This document shows, piece by piece, positions 10,213 through 18,553 of a DNA stretch of 64,000 bases. The stretch lies in sequence record SRR31156797_4840, one strand, 5' to 3'. Both the position numbers and the translations under genes were made by a program. A model generated the notes under the pieces. That model did no database searches and was not told where the DNA came from. It saw only the letters and a program-made list of their open reading frames with translations. Position 1 is the stretch's first letter. Each line of letters opens with the position of its first letter.

Positions 10213-10704
10213 ATGAAACGCAGATTTGGTTTTGTCATTGGTGCCTGCATGATTATTGGAATGATCGATCTTGTCACAGAACAAGTTGTTTTTGCGACTA
10301 TCTATAATCCGCTAGACCCCTCAGAAGAAATCGTCCCAACGGATCCGCCAGAAGGAAGTACGGAAAAAGCAGATGAACCGCCTGCAGAAAAGGAAGAATC
10401 CAAAGAATCGCCGGCTCCTGAACCGGAACCTGTTCCGAAAAAAGAACAGGAACAATCCGCATTTCCAGAGAGCAGTTTTTTGGAAAAACAGAAGCACTTA
10501 GCACAACGAGTCATGTTAGAAGATGTTTTTGCGTCGGATCGTTTGGCTGTCGATTTAGCACTGCCGGGAAATAATACGGATGGTGACGGGGATGACAAAC
10601 CTTCGTATCTTGCCAGCTTATGCTATCTATTTTCAGGAAACGTTCTTTATGGCCAAAAAAATAACGGAGGCTTGAAAACGCATGTTTGTGACATTTTTGA
10701 ATAA
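10213..10704 (+). CDS. Hypothetical exported Pro/Glu-rich protein
   Basis: ATG 10213 after GAGGGTG; signal-peptide-like N-terminus; overlaps both neighbours' operon context. Confidence 0.65.
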   Translation: MKRRFGFVIGACMIIGMIDLVTEQVVFATIYNPLDPSEEIVPTDPPEGSTEKADEPPAEKEESKESPAPEPEPVPKKEQEQSAFPESSFLEKQKHLAQRVMLEDVFASDRLAVDLALPGNNTDGDGDDKPSYLASLCYLFSGNVLYGQKNNGGLKTHVCDIFE

Positions 10705-12142
10705 GGCGGACAAACGAAAATTGATGATGCTGCAATATTTGGAAAACGCAGTCGCTCTTTCTGAAACGAAGGAAACATTGATGGACCAATTGACCATGTC
10801 GGAATTTCTGATCAATAAGACCGTTCAAGAATTGAATCTTGATTTTTATGAACTAGGATTGAATGAGGAATTTGAGATCGTGACCGATGGGACGGTCATT
10901 AAACTGAATGCCTCCGGGCTGGCAACTTCAGACACACTACTGACCTATTATCTAGATCAAGCGTTAAAATTTTCTATGTTGAAAGAATGCTTTTTTGAGC
11001 AATTGTCTTCTTTATACGAATTTGCTACCAATCACTATCTAAGTCATAATCCCGTCTATAAAGAATTTAAACAGTTTAAACTGATCTTGAAAGAATACGA
11101 CATTGAAGTGACGAAAGAGTTTCAGCTGGTGGGTGAAGAAAGTGAGATTCGGGAGTTTATTTTTCTCTTTTTTATGAAGGAATATTATTTGAACCATTCC
11201 CCTTTCCCAAAAGGTATCTTGGACAAAGAAAAAACCTTTGATCGATTCAATGAAAGTACTTGGCTGAATCCAGAACAGTCTGCCCGCATGCGGATTCGCA
11301 AGAAACATTATCTAGGTATTGTTTTGGCGCGGATGTCTAAAGGACATTTCATGCAAAACAGTGTGGAAAACGATTTAGTCTTGCCAAAACATTTAGTGAT
11401 CATTGAAGATTTGAAGCGTTGGTTGCAGGAGATCTTGACGATCAACGATCAAGAAGTCCTAGAACGTGAGGCACGAGATATTTTGCGCTTCTTGATCGTT
11501 GAAGGCTGGTTGATCGACAACAATAGCTACATCGACCAAGAACAAACCTATATCCAACAATTAAACGAGCAGTTTATTCAGGCAGTCCAACAGCAGTTTT
11601 CGCTAACCACTGACACGTTGGCGCTGCTTCATGTCGAAACGACTACGATTCATTACCAGCTCTTGTCGTTTTCTTTTAGTTCTCGTTATGAATACCAATA
11701 CATGGATGTCACATATTTTCTTGAGACGTATCCTGAATATGCTGCGTTTTGCCGCAACTATCTGGAAGAAAGTCGTAATCGACCGATCTTATGGAACAAT
11801 AAAGAGTTTTTGTTTTTTAGATACCTAATTTTATTAGTTTCTACGATTCCACTAAAAGAGATTTTGGTTCCTTTATATGTCTGTGTTGATTTTTCGTTTG
11901 GTGATTCCTACAACCAGATGATCAAAAAGAATATTGAAAAAATTCTCGATTTGAATGTGCAATTCCAGAGTTACCCAGATGATCATACGCACCTGATTCT
12001 TTCAAACCTGCCATTTTATGGTGCGTTGGGGATCGACCATATTTTATGGCTAGCACCACCTAGACCCATCGATTGGGCCAATTTTACTGAAAAAATCAGC
12101 GTGATTCGCAGAGAACAATTTCAAACCAAAACGGCACAGTGA
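10682..12142 (+). CDS. Mga/AtxA-like HTH transcriptional regulator
   Basis: About 490 aa; two N-terminal HTH regions, LVGEESEIR motif, C-terminal EIIB-like segment; RBS GGAGG. Confidence 0.85.
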   Translation: MFVTFLNKADKRKLMMLQYLENAVALSETKETLMDQLTMSEFLINKTVQELNLDFYELGLNEEFEIVTDGTVIKLNASGLATSDTLLTYYLDQALKFSMLKECFFEQLSSLYEFATNHYLSHNPVYKEFKQFKLILKEYDIEVTKEFQLVGEESEIREFIFLFFMKEYYLNHSPFPKGILDKEKTFDRFNESTWLNPEQSARMRIRKKHYLGIVLARMSKGHFMQNSVENDLVLPKHLVIIEDLKRWLQEILTINDQEVLEREARDILRFLIVEGWLIDNNSYIDQEQTYIQQLNEQFIQAVQQQFSLTTDTLALLHVETTTIHYQLLSFSFSSRYEYQYMDVTYFLETYPEYAAFCRNYLEESRNRPILWNNKEFLFFRYLILLVSTIPLKEILVPLYVCVDFSFGDSYNQMIKKNIEKILDLNVQFQSYPDDHTHLILSNLPFYGALGIDHILWLAPPRPIDWANFTEKISVIRREQFQTKTAQ

Positions 12143-12170
12143 GCATCTTGCCGTTTAACTATCGAAAGCA

Positions 12171-12202
12171 GCGTCTGCCTCAAATGAAGGCAGGCGTTTT
12201 TT
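12171..12202 (+). terminator. Intrinsic terminator of the WxL locus
   Basis: GCGTCTGCCT/AGGCAGGCGT stem + T-run. Confidence 0.75.
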
Positions 12203-12350
12203 GCAGAAATCTACCATATGCAAAAAGCACACAGGGATCTATTGCCCTGATGAAGTGTTCGGATAAGGTCTGTGAAAAAGGACCATTTGATAGGATTTTT
12301 TTTTAGTAGAAAATTTGGTATGATAGAAAGAGAAGAAAAAGAGGTGCCCT

Positions 12351-12920
12351 ATGATGGATGGGAAACAAACGAAGGCTGTGATTGGCCAGACATTGATCAC
12401 CCTTTGTGAGACCAAAGAAGTGAATAAAATCAGCGTACAGGAGATCGCCGAAAAGGCGCAAGTCAATCGGCAGACGTTTTACTACCATTTTCCTGATAAA
12501 AAAGCTTTGATCCAATGGATCTATCGGCAAGATGCCCTGATTTTTTTGACGACAGAAGATGTCTCCCTTGATAACTGGGAAGAAGCCGCCTTGCGCATGC
12601 TGAAAGCAATGAAACAAGCGCCGGCCTTTTACCGCAAATCACTGGCTTATGACCGCGAGATCTTAATGAACGGTTTTTTACAGATCACAGAACCGCTTTT
12701 TCAGCGCTTGTTCTTGGAGGTCGATCAAGAGCAGCAATTGACGAAACAAGACATTCTATTTTATAGCCGATTCTTTTCCTACGGCTGCGGAGGCATTTTG
12801 GAAAATTGGATTCACAACGACTTTCCAGAGACCCCATTAGAGATTGCGACGCAATTGTTTCGTTTGGCGAAGGATGTGGAATTTTTTGGCCACCAAATCT
12901 ATGAAAAAGAGGAGCAGTAA
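12351..12920 (+). CDS. TetR family regulator (DhaS-like, TetR_C_8)
   Basis: ISVQEIAEKAQVNRQTFYYHF HTH; FFSYGCGGILENW C-terminal motif. Confidence 0.85.
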   Translation: MMDGKQTKAVIGQTLITLCETKEVNKISVQEIAEKAQVNRQTFYYHFPDKKALIQWIYRQDALIFLTTEDVSLDNWEEAALRMLKAMKQAPAFYRKSLAYDREILMNGFLQITEPLFQRLFLEVDQEQQLTKQDILFYSRFFSYGCGGILENWIHNDFPETPLEIATQLFRLAKDVEFFGHQIYEKEEQ

Positions 12921-12923
12921 GCG

Positions 12924-13382
12924 ATGACGAAAGTTTTATTTGTTTGTTTAGGTAATATTTGCCGTTCCCCCATGGCAGAAGCTATTTATAAAGCAGAAAT
13001 AGCAAAACACAAGTTGGATTGGCAGATCGATTCGGCAGCGACCAGCTCATGGGAAGTCGGACATTCTGCTCATCCCGGAACCAAAAAAAGACTGCGTCAA
13101 GCAGGGATCTCTAGTGACGGTCTTATTTCACGGCAGATCACTGAAGCGGATTTTGCCACATTTGATTGGATCATCGGCATGGATGCGAACAATGTTGAAA
13201 CACTTCAAGCGCTAGCACCTGCCGATACGACCGCAAAGATCCGTTCGTATTTGAGTGTTGTTCCTGGCAAAGAGGCTGAGGAAGTACCAGATCCTTATTA
13301 TACAGGAGATTTCGAAGAGACCTATCAACTGCTGCAAGAGGGGATTCCTTATTGGCTAGAGGTTATTTCTTCTGAAAAATAA
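12924..13382 (+). CDS. Low-molecular-weight protein-tyrosine phosphatase
   Basis: CLGNICRS P-loop and DPYY. Confidence 0.95.
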   Translation: MTKVLFVCLGNICRSPMAEAIYKAEIAKHKLDWQIDSAATSSWEVGHSAHPGTKKRLRQAGISSDGLISRQITEADFATFDWIIGMDANNVETLQALAPADTTAKIRSYLSVVPGKEAEEVPDPYYTGDFEETYQLLQEGIPYWLEVISSEK

Positions 13383-13393
13383 GGCGTGTTCGC

Positions 13394-13450
13394 TTGTATT
13401 TTATCAAAAATTTGCTAAAATAGAACCATGGAAATGCGAACGTATGTGTG
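13394..13450 (+). promoter_or_regulatory. Promoter (TTGTAT / TGcTAAAAT) followed by a LexA-box-like site
   Basis: CGAACGTATGTGTG at 13437-13450, one mismatch to CGAACRNRYGTTYG. Confidence 0.55.
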
Positions 13451-13489
13451 GTTTTAGAAACTGCTGCAACGCGCAGAAAGGAATGTCCA

Positions 13490-13843
13490 ATGGAAAAGAA
13501 ACCATCGCCCATCAAACAATTGGGCAAACTCATTGTGATGACATCCACAACGTTGCTGGATACCTTTTTCAGTGATGATGCTGACAAGAAGAATCAGTCT
13601 GAGAAAGTCAAAGAAATCCGGCGAACGCTGCAAGAGGCAGCCGCTGCCAAGCATCTGGTCGTGCTGCAAGTAAAAACAGAGAAATTGGGTGGTTTTGAAA
13701 CCGTTACCGGCTGGATCGTCGGCAAAACGGTAGCAAAAGAACAAGTTGTCTTGAAATTACAAAGCGACCGTCAGCAGCTGCGGATTATTCCCCTGCATCA
13801 TGTGCTGAAAGTTAGCACCTTGAATACAAAACCCGGCTTGTAA
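13490..13843 (+). CDS. Hypothetical protein, possibly YolD-like
   Basis: ATG 13490 after GAAAGGA; helix followed by a beta-rich C-terminus ending IIPLHHVLKV. Confidence 0.7.
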   Translation: MEKKPSPIKQLGKLIVMTSTTLLDTFFSDDADKKNQSEKVKEIRRTLQEAAAAKHLVVLQVKTEKLGGFETVTGWIVGKTVAKEQVVLKLQSDRQQLRIIPLHHVLKVSTLNTKPGL

Positions 13844-13860
13844 ACAAGCCTGTGCATAGC

Positions 13861-13897
13861 AAAAAAACCGCTGCGTCATTAGACATAGCGGTTTTTT
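13861..13897. terminator. Bidirectional terminator
   Basis: A-run, CCGCT/AGCGG stem, T-run between convergent genes. Confidence 0.8.
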
Positions 13898-13906
13898 AAT
13901 TGCTAG

Positions 13907-14266
13907 TTACGCGTGCTTGTTTTTGACTTCTGCGAGTCGCCAAGCGGTCATCACAGCGATCAGTTCGTAAGGGATCGGCTGTGCAAAAGAAAACTGGACC
14001 GCCCCTTTACTGGTCTTGTATGGTTGTAAGTCCTCTTGGAAGGCCGTGATCGCAGAAGGCGTGGGATAAAAGCCTAGATGCTGTTTGGCGCAGGCAAAAT
14101 GTACGATATTTTCTCCCTGATGATAAGTAGGCATTTGATAACTGATCTTTTCAACCGCTTCAGGTAAAACGGCTTTGATGGTTTGACGGACCTTTCTTAA
14201 AATCGCTTGTCGTTCTGCTGGAGCTGCTGCAATGTATTGGTCAACTGTCGTAATGGCTGTTGTCAT
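13907..14266 (-). CDS. DUF1801/YdhG-like protein (iron chaperone family)
   Basis: TVDQYI, EKISYQMPTY, HLGFYP, SKGAVQF motifs; start ATG 14266 with RBS GGAGGTG. Confidence 0.88.
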   Translation of the reverse strand: MTTAITTVDQYIAAAPAERQAILRKVRQTIKAVLPEAVEKISYQMPTYHQGENIVHFACAKQHLGFYPTPSAITAFQEDLQPYKTSKGAVQFSFAQPIPYELIAVMTAWRLAEVKNKHA

Positions 14267-14306
14267 AGGCCACCTCCTGCCTTTAGTATACGGCAAACCC
14301 CGTAAG

Positions 14307-14386
14307 AAAAAAAGGAGCCTGTCAGTGGGTAGCTGACAGGCAAGGAGTAAAAATGAAAAGTGTTAGTTAGGGTTGTTTGTTGGGTT
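14307..14386 (-). ncRNA. Putative small RNA copy 1 (about 80 nt, csRNA-like architecture)
   Basis: Minus-strand -10 TATAGT (14393-14398), conserved CU-rich body, GC stem 14317-14341 + U-tract; paralogue 162 bp away. Confidence 0.75.
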
Positions 14387-14469
14387 ATGTATACTATACT
14401 GTCCAAATATGAATTTTTTGTGGAGAAAAGATTGGAAAGTGTTTAAGTTTGCTGGCTGCGAAAATAAGT

Positions 14470-14548
14470 AAAAAAAGACCCGTCGGTGGGTGGCCGACGG
14501 GAAGGAGTTAAAAATGAAAAAGTGTTAGTTAGGGTTGTTTGTTGGTAT
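14470..14548 (-). ncRNA. Putative small RNA copy 2 (about 80 nt)
   Basis: Minus-strand -10 TATACT (14555-14560), near-identical body, covarying terminator stem 14479-14501 + U-tract. Confidence 0.75.
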
Positions 14549-14626
14549 ACATAGAGTATACGAGATAAATATGAATATTCTGTGACAAATCTTTTCGGAA
14601 GTTCTTAAGAAATCGTAACGGTTTGG

Positions 14627-16132
14627 TTACAGAGAAAGGTTCTTTTCATCAAAACGGTTTTTCAACGTACGATACAAATCAATGTATTGCCGATCGTCTG
14701 CCGCATAATCCCAAATATAACTCATTTTTTCTGGTTTGAGTTTTTTCATCAACTGATTGGAACTAACGATGACATCATAATTTTCTTGCTGGTTTAGATC
14801 ATAAGGTTCTGCTGCTACGAAGGTCAAGTCATGTAGGAATTGATTCAATCCTTGAACGACTAAGAAATTATCTTCTAACGCAACCCCTACCCGTAAACGA
14901 TTCGAATAACGGATTTGATCATAAAACGGCAGCAGGGCGTGGGTATACATCGTTGCCATCTGCTCTTGGTTTTCATCATTGATATAGTCCACCGCTGATT
15001 CTTCGCGATAGTTCGTTAAGAATTCATCGATTTTTTGCTGCAGCTGCTCTTCAGCAGACCCGCGATTGATCGAGGGTGTCAGCAAGCGATAGATATTTGG
15101 AAACGGCTGACGGAAAACGTAGTTGCCGAAAGTCACATTGATTAAATTACCCACGACCAATGGCTCGTCTAACAGGCCAGGTTGTGAAGCAAAGAAGGTT
15201 GCTTTCATCTCTGCTAACAAGTCTGCGACTAACGGATAAACTGGGTTTTGTTTGCTTGAAAAGAATTGCAAGGTTTGTTGCAAAGCTTCTTCTTCAGGAC
15301 TCAAGTAGAATGGGAAGATTTGCGCCATCAAATAAATAAACCCTGATTCGCCTTTTAATTGTTTGTCTGTCATTGAAACTTCAGGATCAACGACTTGTGT
15401 CAAACGCTCAAAATCGAAATATGGATTATTTTTCATCAGGAAATTGTACCGCTTGTCGTATTTGGCAAAATTCCCTTTTTTGATTCGTAAAAGAATCAAG
15501 GCGGCGAAATACTTCAACTCTAATCGGCCAAGATAAGAATGAGTCATTGGGAAATACTCCGTGAATCGATCCACCATTTTTTCTGTCTCACTCTCAGCGA
15601 TCGCAAATGGCCATTCTATTCCACGAGTACCTAACCAAATGATATTGAATAGGGAGAGCCGCACAAGACGCTCATCGCCCACTAAGTTTGATTCAGTGTA
15701 CGTAAAGCGAAGCTGAAATTGCTTCAAATGTTTTTTTAGATGTTCAAATTTGCGAGACACCGTTGAACGACTGACATCGTATTTTGCACAAAAATCCGTG
15801 ATCGTAGGATTGTCTTCATTCAGCATGTAAAGAACATATAAGAACGGAACGCTTTTATTCAATAAATAGAAGCGGTATTCATCGATCGTTACCGCGATAT
15901 TCTGAGGCTGTAATTTACCGCCACGACCGAGTATCGACATATGATCCGGAGTTAACTCAGTTAGATCTTGGTCGATCTCAGTCAACTCTATAAAAGCTTG
16001 TTGGTAGCTTAACTCCATTTCCTTTGCCAATTGTGCGATTGGGTGGCTAGGGTTTTGCAGAGTCAGCATACGCCGGAATATTTTAAATTTAATTAATGTT
16101 TGCGGGTCCATCATAAGTTCTTCATAAAACAT
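14627..16132 (-). CDS. Mga-like HTH transcriptional regulator
   Basis: 501 aa; TITDFCAKYDVSRSTVSR HTH, LVGDERLVR motif. Confidence 0.85.
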   Translation of the reverse strand: MFYEELMMDPQTLIKFKIFRRMLTLQNPSHPIAQLAKEMELSYQQAFIELTEIDQDLTELTPDHMSILGRGGKLQPQNIAVTIDEYRFYLLNKSVPFLYVLYMLNEDNPTITDFCAKYDVSRSTVSRKFEHLKKHLKQFQLRFTYTESNLVGDERLVRLSLFNIIWLGTRGIEWPFAIAESETEKMVDRFTEYFPMTHSYLGRLELKYFAALILLRIKKGNFAKYDKRYNFLMKNNPYFDFERLTQVVDPEVSMTDKQLKGESGFIYLMAQIFPFYLSPEEEALQQTLQFFSSKQNPVYPLVADLLAEMKATFFASQPGLLDEPLVVGNLINVTFGNYVFRQPFPNIYRLLTPSINRGSAEEQLQQKIDEFLTNYREESAVDYINDENQEQMATMYTHALLPFYDQIRYSNRLRVGVALEDNFLVVQGLNQFLHDLTFVAAEPYDLNQQENYDVIVSSNQLMKKLKPEKMSYIWDYAADDRQYIDLYRTLKNRFDEKNLSL

Positions 16133-16194
16133 AGGTATCCTCCTTTGTGGCTCTATTGTATCTTTTTTTTACGAAACTGTCAGTCTTTTTAATC

Positions 16195-16234
16195 AAAAAA
16201 ATAGCCTACCCTTTAAAAAAAGGTAGGTTATTTT
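16195..16234 (-). terminator. brnQ terminator
   Basis: AATAGCCTACC/GGTAGGTTATT stem flanked by an A-run. Confidence 0.75.
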
Positions 16235-16250
16235 CATCTTTTTAACTAAT

Positions 16251-17603
16251 TTAGGCTGAAACAGGGTCTTTTTTGAACCACGACCATAGCAAACCGATCA
16301 AAAATCCGATCGCAGCTGGTACGACCCACCCCATCCCGATTTGGAAAAAGGGCAGATAATCTGACGCAAAAGACAAGATTCCTTGCACGAAAGCGTTGTT
16401 GGTAATCACTGCAGGACTCGCATTTAAGCCGTCGATGATTGCAGCGATCAACGTGAAGTATGTCGTCATTCGATAGACACTGGCACGATGGTTAAATAAT
16501 GGACTGATGATCGCCAACAAAATCAAAGTGATCGCCAGTGGATAGATAAACATCAAGACTGGAATAGAAAACTCGATGATATTGGTCAAGCCGACATTAG
16601 CGAAGATCGCTGGTAAGATACTTGTCAAAGCGATAAAGAATCCGTAGCTTTGCTTTGGAAACAATCCAGCAAAGGTTTCGGAAAAGGCCGTGATCAAACC
16701 AATGGCGGTTTTTAAACAGGCAGAGATGACGATCAATGCCAATAGCAGACTGCCGACAGTGCCAAGGTAATGGTTGGCGATTTGTGCCAAAGCGATCCCA
16801 CCGTTTTCGCTGATGGGAAACTGGCCTAAACTTTTGGTTCCCATATAAGAAAGTAAGGTATAGATGATCCCCATCAACACGATGCTGACAGAGCCGGAAA
16901 GGATCGTGTCTTTTGCGACCGTCGCAGGTTTCTCAACCCCCATATTGCGAATCGTTGAGACGATGATGATCCCGAAGGCTAAAGATGCCAGCGCATCGAG
17001 AGTATTGTAGCCGTTTGTGAAACCAGTAAAGAAAGCATCGCTTTGATAGCTAGGATAGATCGGCGCATCGCTGATGGTTCCTAGTGGTTGCCAAAAGGCA
17101 AAAAAGAGCAAAACTCCTAGTAAGACCAGAAACAAGGGATTTAGAAACTTCCCTACATAATCTAAGATTTTGCTAGGTTTGCGTGAAAACCACCAGGCAG
17201 CTCCAAAAAATAGGGCAGAGAACAACGCCAATAACCAAGTTTGCATGTCTGATGAAACATGGGGAGCGATCCCGATCTCATAAGAAGTAGTAGCCAAACG
17301 AGGCAGAGCAAAGAATGGCCCAATCACTAAATAAAGCAAAATCGTAAATATCATTGCATAGCGGCGATTGATCCGAGAAGCTAATTCAAAAACACCGCTG
17401 CTTTGGGAAACGCCAATAGCAATGACCCCTAAAAATGGCAAGCCGATCCCTGTAACTAAAAAGCCAAGGTTGGCTAAGCCGACATTCGCGCCAGCTTCTT
17501 GTCCCATGTGAACGGGGAAAATCAGATTTCCGGCACCAAAGAAAAGACCGAAAAGCATTGATCCAACATACATGTAATCCTTAAACTGTAACTTTTTTTC
17601 CAT
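16251..17603 (-). CDS. brnQ: Branched-chain amino acid transport system II carrier
   Basis: [34 protein letters not shown] motifs. Confidence 0.96.
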   Translation of the reverse strand: MEKKLQFKDYMYVGSMLFGLFFGAGNLIFPVHMGQEAGANVGLANLGFLVTGIGLPFLGVIAIGVSQSSGVFELASRINRRYAMIFTILLYLVIGPFFALPRLATTSYEIGIAPHVSSDMQTWLLALFSALFFGAAWWFSRKPSKILDYVGKFLNPLFLVLLGVLLFFAFWQPLGTISDAPIYPSYQSDAFFTGFTNGYNTLDALASLAFGIIIVSTIRNMGVEKPATVAKDTILSGSVSIVLMGIIYTLLSYMGTKSLGQFPISENGGIALAQIANHYLGTVGSLLLALIVISACLKTAIGLITAFSETFAGLFPKQSYGFFIALTSILPAIFANVGLTNIIEFSIPVLMFIYPLAITLILLAIISPLFNHRASVYRMTTYFTLIAAIIDGLNASPAVITNNAFVQGILSFASDYLPFFQIGMGWVVPAAIGFLIGLLWSWFKKDPVSA

Positions 17604-17807
17604 AAATGAAAGCTCCTATAATTCCTTAGTTTTAAAAAAAATAACAAAGTTTCTAACAAATAGCAATGGTTTTTTGTGATTTTTTGATAAATTCTGACAA
17701 TTACTCCTCCTGCAATAAAAAAACACTTAGCATTGAATTCTTCCAAGCTTACTGAAAAAGGACGAAAAAGCTCGGAAGAAGACCGCTAAGTGTTTCAAGA
17801 CAGAAAA

Positions 17808-18542
17808 TTAATTCAACACACGGGAAAGGAATTCTTTGGTGCGTTGCTCTTTTGGATGAATAAAGATATCTTCAGGCGTCCCTTGTTCGGCAATGACACC
17901 TTGATCCATAAAGATGACCCGATCAGACACTTCTTTGGCAAAGCCCATTTCGTGGGTAACGATCACCATTGTCAAGCCAGTATGAGCTAACGTATTCATG
18001 GTCTTCAACACTTCACCGACCATTTCTGGATCTAGCGCAGAAGTCGGCTCATCAAACAACATGACATCCGGATTCATCGATAAGGCACGGGCAATGGCTA
18101 CTCGTTGTTTTTGTCCACCTGAAAGCTGGGAAGGCTTGGCATTGGCATATTGAGCCATACCGACTTGCTCCAGATTTTCTTTGGCAGTCGCTTCTGCTTC
18201 TTTGCGATCACGATTCAAAACAGTGACTTGGCCCGTCACGCAGTTTTCTAATACATTCATATTGTTGAATAGGTTAAAGGATTGGAAAACCATTCCTAGA
18301 TGCGTACGGTATTTCGGCAAGTCATAGCCTTTTTCCAGCACATTTTCACCTAAGTAGATGATTTGCCCACTGGTTGGTTTTTCTAATAAGTTGATGCAGC
18401 GAAGAAGTGTAGATTTTCCTGAACCAGAAGAACCGATGATCGTGACAACTTCTCCTTTATTAACAGACAAACTGATGTCTTTTAAGACTTCGTTGTCGCC
18501 AAAACTCTTTTTTAAATGGTCAATTTCAATGATTGCTGACAT
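17808..18542 (-). CDS. Polar amino acid ABC transporter ATP-binding protein (probably lysine)
   Basis: [26 protein letters not shown]. Confidence 0.93.
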   Translation of the reverse strand: MSAIIEIDHLKKSFGDNEVLKDISLSVNKGEVVTIIGSSGSGKSTLLRCINLLEKPTSGQIIYLGENVLEKGYDLPKYRTHLGMVFQSFNLFNNMNVLENCVTGQVTVLNRDRKEAEATAKENLEQVGMAQYANAKPSQLSGGQKQRVAIARALSMNPDVMLFDEPTSALDPEMVGEVLKTMNTLAHTGLTMVIVTHEMGFAKEVSDRVIFMDQGVIAEQGTPEDIFIHPKEQRTKEFLSRVLN

Positions 18543-18553
18543 GTTCTTCCTCC

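Noticed and set aside
14342-14530. Plus-strand RBS+ATG micro-ORFs (MKSVS*, MKKC*) or a type I toxin
   Set aside because: The reading frames differ between the two copies, and the promoter and U-tract polarity point to minus-strand RNAs
14307-14600. CRISPR array
   Set aside because: Only two long units, each with a promoter and terminator; no repeat-spacer pattern and no cas genes
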